Shown: positions 56,812 through 64,000 of the stretch, in pieces | Layout: the number at the start of each line of letters is the position of its first letter | Numbering within the stretch: position 1 is the stretch's first letter | NCBI GenBank assembly: GCA_964423885.1 | Contig: CAYRGD010000002.1 | Location: 18,128-82,127 of the forward strand | Direction: 5' to 3' | Source of the DNA: an uncultured Candidatus Saccharibacteria bacterium | GTDB taxonomy: Bacteria; Patescibacteriota; UBA1384; JACPKC01 | DNA: 64,000 bases | Made by a program: the position numbers and the translations under genes | The notes under the pieces: model-generated | What the model was told of the DNA's origin: nothing | Seen by the model: only the letters and a program-made list of their open reading frames with translations | Databases searched by the model: none

Positions 56812-57455
56812 AGAGGTTCCGGCCCATACCGGACGAAGCTCACGAACGGGGATTACGTACGGCCGGACATACGCACATCGTCGGGATCGACGAGGTCGGG
56901 CGTGGTGCCTGGGCCGGACCCCTGGTAGTGGGCGCCGTCATCCTGCCTCACGACCGTAGGATCTTGCAGTTGCGCGACTCGAAACTCCTCGGCCGCTTGG
57001 CCCGTGAGCAGCTGTCACGGCGGATTAAGCGGGTCGCGGTCAGTTGGGCAATCGGCATCGTCGATCTGCCCGAATTGGACGAGATCGGGTTAGCGGCAAG
57101 CTTGGCGCTGGCGGCCGAGCGGGCGATTGCGCGACTGGCAGTACGGCCGACCGTCGCGCTCGTCGACGGCAAGTACCCGTTCAAGGGACTCGCGATTGAA
57201 CAAGCCGCTGTCGTGAAGGGCGATCAGCTCATCCGCTGCGTCGCGGCCGCGAGCGTCGTCGCCAAAGTCGAACGCGACCGCATGATGCGGACGCTGCACA
57301 GGAACGAGCGATCCGTCCGACCGTTCCGGTTCGATCGGAACAAGGGCTATCCGTCACCATCGCACCAAGAACAGTTACGCAGTATCGGTCCCTCTGCGCA
57401 TCACCGCACGAGCTTCTCCCCAATCCGAACCATGGTTGCCAACCAAGTCACCTGA
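56808..57455 (+). CDS. rnhB: ribonuclease HII
   Basis: VGIDEVGRGAWAGPLVVGAVIL and DSKLL motifs. ATGA overlap with yraN. Confidence 0.9.
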   Translation: MKRFRPIPDEAHERGLRTAGHTHIVGIDEVGRGAWAGPLVVGAVILPHDRRILQLRDSKLLGRLAREQLSRRIKRVAVSWAIGIVDLPELDEIGLAASLALAAERAIARLAVRPTVALVDGKYPFKGLAIEQAAVVKGDQLIRCVAAASVVAKVERDRMMRTLHRNERSVRPFRFDRNKGYPSPSHQEQLRSIGPSAHHRTSFSPIRTMVANQVT

Positions 57456-57492
57456 TACAACTGTTCCAGCTAGCGAAAGGGGACATTAATCC

Positions 57493-58029
57493 TTGGAGAG
57501 CAATGGAAAGCTGAAAACGGCGTACATCGGCGGGGCGCTCACGGATATTCGTCTGACAATTCAGGAGACACTCGAGGTGCTTAATGCCCGCCATGAAATG
57601 AGTATGCAAGCGGCCTTGGAAGATCGACGCGATCAGAAGACTGATGACCTGAAGCGATTCTATGAGCAGCTCGCCTTAGCTTGGGAGCGCGTAATGGGTG
57701 TTTCAGCCTTCGTACCACATCACTACTACGATCCGAAACAGAACGTGGTTGCGACACCCGAGGAAGTGTACGCGTTCGAGCGAGCGCAGATCATGGAACG
57801 GACATCCGTCTTGATCGTGGTCGCGGACGAGCCGTCGTGGGGCGGTGGCATGGAAGTCGGATGGGCTGACGAGAAGCGTATTCCTATCATCATGCTGCGA
57901 TCGGGAGGCGTGTCCCGGCTTTTGCGGGGCACACGTGCGCTTCACCGCGATCTCGTCTATACGACAATCGAGGACGCACTCCGGCAATTCGAATCGGTGA
58001 TCCCGTCGCTCAATCTCGTGCGAGCATAA
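57493..58029 (+). CDS. nucleoside 2-deoxyribosyltransferase-like superfamily protein (family uncertain)
   Basis: KTAYIGGALTD at the N-terminus and VLIVVADEPSWGGGMEVGWADEKRIPII near the C-terminus resemble the flavodoxin-like NDT fold (nucleophile Glu in an E.G.A context). TTG start with a GAAAGGGGA RBS. Confidence 0.45.
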   Translation: MESNGKLKTAYIGGALTDIRLTIQETLEVLNARHEMSMQAALEDRRDQKTDDLKRFYEQLALAWERVMGVSAFVPHHYYDPKQNVVATPEEVYAFERAQIMERTSVLIVVADEPSWGGGMEVGWADEKRIPIIMLRSGGVSRLLRGTRALHRDLVYTTIEDALRQFESVIPSLNLVRA

Positions 58030-58082
58030 CCAATCCTTTCAGGGCCCTTCGGGGCTCTTTCTCTTTTCAGACCCTGCTGGGT

Positions 58083-59549
58083 GTGACACCATATCCGCAT
58101 ATGGAACCTGCACCGAACCCTGTCCGCGTCCGTTTCGCACCGTCGCCGACCGGGGAACTGCATCTGGGCGGCGCACGGACCGCGCTCTATAACTACCTGC
58201 TCGCGAAGCAAACGGGCGGCACGATGGTGTTGCGGATCGAGGATACCGACCAAAAGCGCTATGTCGAAGGCAGCATGGACCGCTTTATGGACGATCTGGC
58301 CTGGCTCGGCATCAACGTCGACGAGGGTCCGGAGCAGGGCGGGCCGTATGCGCCGTACATCCAGTCCGAGCGCGCGGAGCGGCACCGTGAGGTCGCGCAT
58401 GAGCTCGTCGCGCGCGGTGCGGCCTACTACGAGTTCGGCGGCAGTGCCGACGGCGGTGCGAGGACTGACGACGAGTACCGGTCTGGCCGGACGGCCTACC
58501 GCGGCAGCGCGCGCGACGCCGATCCTGCGGACGCCAAGCCGCGGATCGATGCCGGTGAGCCGTTCGTCGTCCGCCTCAAGGTGCCGCTCAAGGGATCGGT
58601 CACGGTCAGCGACCTGGTCCGCGGCGAGGTCTCGTTCGACCTTGCCTCCGTCGACGATGCCGTACTGCTCAAGTCCGATGGCATGGCCACCTACCACTTG
58701 GCGGCGATGGTCGACGACCACGATATGGCGATCACGCATGTACTCCGCTCGGAAGAATGGCTGCCGAGCACGCCCAAGCATCTGCTTGTCTTCCAAGCGA
58801 TGGCGTGGGAGCCCCCGCAGTTCGCTCATCTGCCCTTGCTCCTGGCCGACGACCGCAAGAAGTTGAGCAAGCGTTTGCACGGCGCGGCAGTATGGATCCG
58901 TACCTATCGCGACGAGGGGTATTTGCCGGCTGCGCTCGTCAATTACCTGGCGCTGCTCGGCTGGAATCCGGGCGGCAACGACGAGCTGTTCGATCGTGCG
59001 GGTCTGGTCGAGCGGTTCTCGCTCGAACGCGTCCATAAGGCAGGTGCGGCGGTCGATCCCGTGAAGCTCGACGCGTTCCAGCGCCACTACGTCCAGGCGC
59101 TGCCGACCGAGGAGCTCATTGCCGTCGTCCGCCCGTTCGCGCCGGACGGCATCGACGACGCGCTGCTCGGGCGGCTGGCAGCGGTAGCGCAGGGGCGTCT
59201 GGGTAAGCTGTCCGGGTTCGCCGAGCAGGTAGGCTACTTCCTCGAGCTCCCTGCCCTCGACCCGTCGCTGCTCGTGTTTAAAAAGTCCACGCCCGAGGCG
59301 ACCGCGCGCGGTCTGGCGGCGGCGCTCGAACGGTTGCGAGCGGCTGACAACAATACGTGGCAGGAAGAATCGCTCCTGGCCGAATTACTCGACCAGGTCG
59401 TCGCCGACCATAGGCTCGCGAACGGGGATGTCTTCTGGCCGGTGCGCGTTGCGCTGACCGGTCAGGAACGCAGCCCGTCGCCGGCCGAGTGCCTGTGGGT
59501 GCTCGGCAGGGCCGAGAGTCTGCGGCGGCTTGAGGCGGCTCACGTATGA
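58083..59549 (+). CDS. gltX: glutamate--tRNA ligase
   Basis: RFAPSPTGELHLGGARTALYNY (HIGH-type), KLSKR (KMSKS-type). The start could be 58083 or the ATG at 58101. Confidence 0.95.
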   Translation: MTPYPHMEPAPNPVRVRFAPSPTGELHLGGARTALYNYLLAKQTGGTMVLRIEDTDQKRYVEGSMDRFMDDLAWLGINVDEGPEQGGPYAPYIQSERAERHREVAHELVARGAAYYEFGGSADGGARTDDEYRSGRTAYRGSARDADPADAKPRIDAGEPFVVRLKVPLKGSVTVSDLVRGEVSFDLASVDDAVLLKSDGMATYHLAAMVDDHDMAITHVLRSEEWLPSTPKHLLVFQAMAWEPPQFAHLPLLLADDRKKLSKRLHGAAVWIRTYRDEGYLPAALVNYLALLGWNPGGNDELFDRAGLVERFSLERVHKAGAAVDPVKLDAFQRHYVQALPTEELIAVVRPFAPDGIDDALLGRLAAVAQGRLGKLSGFAEQVGYFLELPALDPSLLVFKKSTPEATARGLAAALERLRAADNNTWQEESLLAELLDQVVADHRLANGDVFWPVRVALTGQERSPSPAECLWVLGRAESLRRLEAAHV

Positions 59550-61183
59550 TCGAGCGGCTCAAACGGCTCGCTTCGCGTGAAAATTCGCTCACCGGCGCGA
59601 CGGTGATCCTGGTGGGCACCTCGCTTCTGTCCAATATCCTGGGCCTTGTCCGCGACCGGTTCCTGGCCCAGAAAATCGCGACCGATGCGCTCGATACGTA
59701 CTTCGCTGCGTTCCGCGTGCCGGATTTCCTGTTCAACTTCCTGATCTTGGGCACTGTGAGCGCCGCCTTCATCCCGGTGTTCGTCCAGTACCGCGCCAAG
59801 AGCGAACGGGCGGCCTGGGAGGTTGCCTCGGTCATGATCACGCTGTCGCTCGCGGTGTTGGTCGTGCTCTGCCTGATACTCGCGCTCGTGATGCCGACGC
59901 TCATCCCTCGGGTTGTTCCCGACTTTTCACCGGACAAGCAAGCGACCACCGTCATGCTCGCACGGATCATGCTCATCCAGCCGGTGTTCTTCGGCCTCTC
60001 ATACCTGTTTTCGGGCGTCTTGAACGCCATGAAGCGGTTCACGATCTACGCGCTGGCGCCGCTCATCTACACGCTGTCGATCATCGTCGCCACCGTCGGG
60101 TTCGCTGACCGGTACGGCGTCTACGCCGTGGTCTGGGGTGTCGTCGCGGGCGCGTTCCTGCACATGCTCACCCAGTTCCTGACGCTCCGGCACCTGGGCG
60201 TCAAACTGGTACCCGAGTTCAATCTGCGTCACCCGGCGCTCGGCCGGATCTTGGCCATGATGTGGCCGCGCTCGATCGCATTGGGCGCCATGCAGACCAT
60301 GCTCCTGACCTTCACCGCGATCGGATCGTCGCTCGGCGCCGGCTCGGTGGCGGTCTACAGCCTCGCCGACAACATCCAGACGATGCCCACGGCCGTGTTC
60401 GCGCTATCGTTCACGACCGCGCTCTTTCCCACCATCGCCGAGGCGGCCGCCGGCCGCCGGCGCACCCAGCTGGCGGCGCTCGTATGGCGAGGACTTCGCT
60501 ACCTGGCCGTGATCATGGTGCCTTCGGGAATCGGTCTTATCCTTATACGCAGCCAGCTCGTGCGGCTCTTGCTCGGCACCGGCCACTTCGGCTGGGACGC
60601 GACCGTCGCTACCGCCACGGCGCTCGGCTACTTCGCGCTCTCGCTCGTCGCCCAGAGTATCGTCGTCCACCTGTCGCGGACCTTCTACGCGCTCCACGAC
60701 ACCAAGACGCCCACGCTGTTCAACGTGATCGGCTACGCGGTGTCGATTGCGGCCGCGTACCTGCTAGCGCCGGCAGCCGGGGCGGGTATGGGCGTCGCCG
60801 GCCTGGCGCTCGCCTTCACGATCGGCAGTTACGTGAACATGGCGCTCCTCTACTGGAAGATCCGACATGCCTTGCCTGAACTTACGCGGTACGAGGCTGG
60901 TGCGGAACGGCTGTTCGGTCAGATCGTGGTCGCCGCGCTCGCGCTCTGCCTTGCCGTGCAGCTTGCCAAGGCCGGCATCGGGGCTGTCGTCGATATGGAC
61001 CGGTTCTGGGGCGTACTGGTCCAGACGACTACTGCCGTCGCGGCCGGGGCCGGCGCCTACTGGTTGGTGCTCCGCGCCTTCCGCGTACCTGAACTCAATG
61101 AGCTCACTGGCATCGTCGCCGCCCGGTTCCGTGCCGGTCCGGCGGCCACGCAAGCCCTTGCCGGGCAGGCCGATGAAGATTGA
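59546..61183 (+). CDS. murJ: lipid II flippase MurJ (MviN)
   Basis: 14-TMS MOP-superfamily protein, N-terminal TSLLSNILGLVRDRFLAQ...YFAAFRVPDFLFN typical of MurJ. ATGA overlap with gltX. Confidence 0.9.
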   Translation: MIERLKRLASRENSLTGATVILVGTSLLSNILGLVRDRFLAQKIATDALDTYFAAFRVPDFLFNFLILGTVSAAFIPVFVQYRAKSERAAWEVASVMITLSLAVLVVLCLILALVMPTLIPRVVPDFSPDKQATTVMLARIMLIQPVFFGLSYLFSGVLNAMKRFTIYALAPLIYTLSIIVATVGFADRYGVYAVVWGVVAGAFLHMLTQFLTLRHLGVKLVPEFNLRHPALGRILAMMWPRSIALGAMQTMLLTFTAIGSSLGAGSVAVYSLADNIQTMPTAVFALSFTTALFPTIAEAAAGRRRTQLAALVWRGLRYLAVIMVPSGIGLILIRSQLVRLLLGTGHFGWDATVATATALGYFALSLVAQSIVVHLSRTFYALHDTKTPTLFNVIGYAVSIAAAYLLAPAAGAGMGVAGLALAFTIGSYVNMALLYWKIRHALPELTRYEAGAERLFGQIVVAALALCLAVQLAKAGIGAVVDMDRFWGVLVQTTTAVAAGAGAYWLVLRAFRVPELNELTGIVAARFRAGPAATQALAGQADED

Positions 61184-61328
61184 CCGGACAGAGCCGTTCT
61201 ACGCTGAACTGGACCGCCCGCGTGCGCGCGGTAAGGGTTCGTGCTGTACGCTGTGGAGCTTTTACCTGCTCTTCGCTACACTGGCAGTCATAGGGTTCGT
61301 GGCCATTCTCTGGCTGCGACGGGGGTAA
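61173..61328 (+). CDS. candidate 51-aa single-TM micro-protein coupled between murJ and the next gene
   Basis: The ATG overlaps the murJ stop (out of frame). MKIDRTEPFYAELDRPRARGKGSCCTLWSFYLLFATLAVIGFVAILWLRRG ends 2 nt before the next ATG. Confidence 0.3.
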   Translation: MKIDRTEPFYAELDRPRARGKGSCCTLWSFYLLFATLAVIGFVAILWLRRG

Positions 61329-61330
61329 TC

Positions 61331-62047
61331 ATGGCAATCACGCGCCGCGCAACCGGACATACGCCGCTGACCAAGCCGTCGGCGAAAGACGACCTGTTCG
61401 CCGACCTCGACGGTTCGGAACGCAGAAAGCCGGGCTGCATGAGCTGCCGGAATCTCGGCTGCCTGTTCCTGTTCGCCGGCATGCTCGTGGTCGTCGGTAT
61501 CCTTGGCGTCGTTGCCGAGACCGGGCTCGTCAAGATCCCGGTGCTGTCGTCGGTGCTCTACGCCCAGGCGCCCCGGCCGATCCGGCCGGTGACGCCTGTC
61601 GGTGTGACCGATCCCCTGGCGCTCCTGAAAGGCAAGGCGGCGGAGAGCGGCGGCGCCCAGGTGTCGGTGACCGAGGGTGAGCTCACCCAGCTCGTGCAAG
61701 AGCCCCGCACTAACGGCCAGGTACCGGTGAAGCAGGCGCAGGTCGCGATCGAACCGCAGTTCGTCGAGCTGTACGGCCTGCTGTCGATCGACCAGGGCGC
61801 GTCGACCACGGTCATGCGCGTCCGGCTGGTGCCTAGTAGTGTGCCGGGCGAGTTCCGCCTGTCCGACATCCATATTGGCTACGTCCGCGTGCCGCTCGAA
61901 CTCGCCAAATTTATCGTCAAAACCGCGACCGGGATCACGCCGCCGGATGCGGTATCGGCCGCCTCACTGGGCGTCCGGTCGGTCGTGCTCGGCCAGGGCG
62001 TGGCGACTGTCGATCTCGATACCTCGGCCTTTACGGGATCGAACTAG
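61331..62047 (+). CDS. hypothetical membrane-anchored extracytoplasmic protein
   Basis: TM helix (LFLFAGMLVVVGILGVVA) then a ~190-aa exported domain with no motif I recognise. Confidence 0.45.
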   Translation: MAITRRATGHTPLTKPSAKDDLFADLDGSERRKPGCMSCRNLGCLFLFAGMLVVVGILGVVAETGLVKIPVLSSVLYAQAPRPIRPVTPVGVTDPLALLKGKAAESGGAQVSVTEGELTQLVQEPRTNGQVPVKQAQVAIEPQFVELYGLLSIDQGASTTVMRVRLVPSSVPGEFRLSDIHIGYVRVPLELAKFIVKTATGITPPDAVSAASLGVRSVVLGQGVATVDLDTSAFTGSN

Positions 62048-62056
62048 GTCCAGGCG

Positions 62057-62950
62057 TCAGAGCCCCGCCGTGGATTCCTGGATTTCGGCCGAGTAGCTGC
62101 GGACCAGTTTCGAGCGGACCACCAAGCGGTTGAGCGCAGTGCCGACCGGTACACAGGTCATGAGCGACAGCGTCGGCGTCGGTGTCGGATCGGTGACCGA
62201 GACATCGCTGGGACTCACGGTTTTCTTGTCGGTCATTTCGTAGAGATATACCCGGTTTTGATATTGGACGAACAGCTGGTCGCCAGGTACCAGTTCGCTG
62301 ATCGTCGCGAACACGGTCTTGTACTTGCCCTTGTCCCACCAGTAGTAGCTCGAGTGGCCGGTGACGAACACGTTGCCGTTCTTGTCGTTCGGCAGCGACG
62401 TGAACCCGTAGTGTGCGACGCCTTTTTGCAAGTTCGCGAGCATCGTCGCTTCGTCGGCGCTCGAGTTCCAGACGATCGGGACGCGGATGTTCAACTTCGG
62501 AATGACCAACAGGTTGTCGGCAAGTCCGAGCGAGGTGCTCGCGAGCTTGGCGGTCGTGCGTTTCGCCGCGTTCGTATCCGTTGGTTGGTCGGCTGTGCTG
62601 TCAACCTGGGGCGGCGCCGGCAGATCGGTCAGGGCTGCCTCGATAGCTGCGCCTGACAGCGAACCCGCGTCACTCGCCGTGTCGATTACTACTTGCGGCT
62701 GCGAGCGGCTGCGCAAGTGGGTCAGGATGTACGACAGTTTGACGAACAGCGACGGGCCGACGATCACCAGGTAGACCGCCCCTGCGGCGCCCAGGAACAC
62801 CGCGGCGTTCTTGAGCGCGCCGAACGCCGGACGGGTGCGTCGAACCGGCTGCTGTTGGGGTGGAAGCAGCGGCGGCAGCGGTGGAGCGCTGGGAGCCGGT
62901 ACGGGCGCAGCCGGGGCCGGATTCGTCCAGCTTGGATCGATCGCCGCCAC
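62057..62950 (-). CDS. sortase-family transpeptidase
   Basis: N-terminal TM anchor. Catalytic His in VFVTGHSSY, Cys in the TLSLMTCVP (TLxTC) context, and a downstream Arg (LVVRS). GTG start. Confidence 0.75.
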   Translation of the reverse strand: MAAIDPSWTNPAPAAPVPAPSAPPLPPLLPPQQQPVRRTRPAFGALKNAAVFLGAAGAVYLVIVGPSLFVKLSYILTHLRSRSQPQVVIDTASDAGSLSGAAIEAALTDLPAPPQVDSTADQPTDTNAAKRTTAKLASTSLGLADNLLVIPKLNIRVPIVWNSSADEATMLANLQKGVAHYGFTSLPNDKNGNVFVTGHSSYYWWDKGKYKTVFATISELVPGDQLFVQYQNRVYLYEMTDKKTVSPSDVSVTDPTPTPTLSLMTCVPVGTALNRLVVRSKLVRSYSAEIQESTAGL

Positions 62951-62956
62951 AGGCGC

Positions 62957-63937
62957 CTACTTTGCGTGCCCGGTACGTTTCGGGCGGTATGTCAGGATCG
63001 TTGCGGCCGCCAGGATCCACGCGGCGATGAGGCCGAGGACAAGCGGGTTTTCGCCGGTCGAGACCAGCGTCCGCGGCTGCTCGGTGACGCCGCTGCTCGG
63101 CGTGTCGGTACCGGCGATCGAGCCATTGACCAGGATCGGCGACGGATTCGGGTTGCTGCTCATACCCGACGAGACAAGTACGGTCTGCGTGGCGGCTTGG
63201 GTGCCGCTCCGGAGCGAGACCGTGTACGTGCCGGCGTTCGGGTAGATGTGGGTCACCTGCGACGGGCCGTGGTCGACCGACTGGACCGTGCCGTCGCCGA
63301 AGTCCCAGATGAGGTCGGTGAGGGTGCCCGTGTGCGACGCCGTGACGGTGAGCGGCGCCTGGCCTTCGCCCGGCGCTACCGTGAACGCGACCGGGTCGGC
63401 CGTCGAGCCGGCTGTCGCCGTTGCCGCTACGACGGTGAACGTAGCGTTCTTCGTGACCGGGGCCGATGTGCCGGTGACCGTGTAGCTCACTGTTACCACG
63501 TACGTGCCAGGGCTAACCGCTGCACCAGCGGCGGTCTTTTGGTCCCAATTCCAGGCACGGCTCTGGTTCGTGGCCAGCGAGTCGAACGAGCCTTGGGCGG
63601 GCGGATCGAAGATCGTCTGGCTATCGGCGCCGCTCGTGATCGGTGTCCGGATCACGTAGGGCTTGGCGTCGTCCATGGTGACCGTGGCTGGTCCCAGGTT
63701 CTGGAGCGTGAACGCGACCGGTTCGCCCACGGTAAACGTCGGTTTCGACGTGGTGAGTGTGGTCGTTGCCGTCGGCTGGGACGTGACCGTAATCGTCTGG
63801 GTCGAGGTCTGGCCGTTGCAGGTCATGGTGGCCGTGTAGGTCCCAGGGGTGCCGTACGCGTGGCTCAGGCTCTGGGCGGTTGACAATGACACGTCGGCCG
63901 TGCCGTCGCCGAAGTTTACCGTGCAGACCGTACCCAA
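62957..63937 (-). CDS. surface protein with PKD-like repeats and C-terminal cell-wall sorting signal (LVSTG motif, TM, basic tail); 5' end may lie beyond the window
   Basis: Repeated FGDGT...H.Y...G.YTV PKD-type units. The C-terminus is TLVSTGENPLVLGLIAAWILAAATILTYRPKRTGHAK, i.e. an LPXTG-like motif, a hydrophobic helix and a basic tail, immediately upstream of the sortase gene. Confidence 0.65.
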   Translation of the reverse strand: MGTVCTVNFGDGTADVSLSTAQSLSHAYGTPGTYTATMTCNGQTSTQTITVTSQPTATTTLTTSKPTFTVGEPVAFTLQNLGPATVTMDDAKPYVIRTPITSGADSQTIFDPPAQGSFDSLATNQSRAWNWDQKTAAGAAVSPGTYVVTVSYTVTGTSAPVTKNATFTVVAATATAGSTADPVAFTVAPGEGQAPLTVTASHTGTLTDLIWDFGDGTVQSVDHGPSQVTHIYPNAGTYTVSLRSGTQAATQTVLVSSGMSSNPNPSPILVNGSIAGTDTPSSGVTEQPRTLVSTGENPLVLGLIAAWILAAATILTYRPKRTGHAK

Positions 63938-64000
63938 GCTGTCGGTCCGGGTAGCGGTAACGGTGAGCGGCGCCTGACCGGCGGCGGGCGCAATCGCAAA

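Noticed and set aside
57957-59087. 376-aa minus-strand ORF
   Set aside because: Antisense of gltX.
62693-63883. 396-aa plus-strand ORF
   Set aside because: Antisense of the PKD-repeat surface protein gene. Arg-rich shadow frame.

Overview
This is a 64 kb segment of high-GC (~65%) bacterial chromosome. Gene packing is very tight: there are many 4-bp ATGA and 1-bp start/stop overlaps between co-directional genes. I saw no rRNA or tRNA genes and no CRISPR array. I recognised these core genes: pyrG, a phosphohexomutase, trpS, groES-groEL, a DEAD-box helicase, eno, efp, rpsF-ssb-rpsR, ychF, a Xer-type recombinase, ndk, a WecA/MraY-type transferase, dnaE, rpmA-rplS-yraN-rnhB, gltX and murJ. The envelope or surface genes are a sortase beside a PKD-repeat protein with an LPXTG-like sorting signal, an 870-aa beta-propeller-repeat protein, an RTX-like calcium-binding repeat protein, two C39-like cysteine-peptidase proteins, and DUF2779, PspC, DedA, PAP2 and MFS proteins. 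A MacB-type ABC exporter is co-operonic with a PRC-barrel protein and Ogt. The clearest anomaly is a ~5.8 kb low-GC (~40%) island at about 19.26-25.03 kb. It carries a Type III restriction-modification system (Mod and Res) with a MazG-like gene translationally coupled in front of it. A third, all-alpha gene is coupled between mod and res, and it has a C-terminal R-x4-H motif like a HEPN ribonuclease. This layout resembles a PrrC-type abortive-infection toxin lodged inside an R-M operon. It is the best candidate for an undescribed defence module. The second notable signal is a repeated leaderless-promoter pattern, TGnTAnnnT-N6-ATG, at the first genes of several operons, including two back-to-back divergent pairs. 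The gene content (DUF2779, sortase, reduced metabolism) suggests a small-genome, CPR/Saccharibacteria-like Gram-positive-type organism, but the high GC is atypical, so lineage is uncertain. All calls are from reading motifs in the six-frame translations. No database search was run. Coordinates of by-eye DNA motifs may be off by 1-2 bp.
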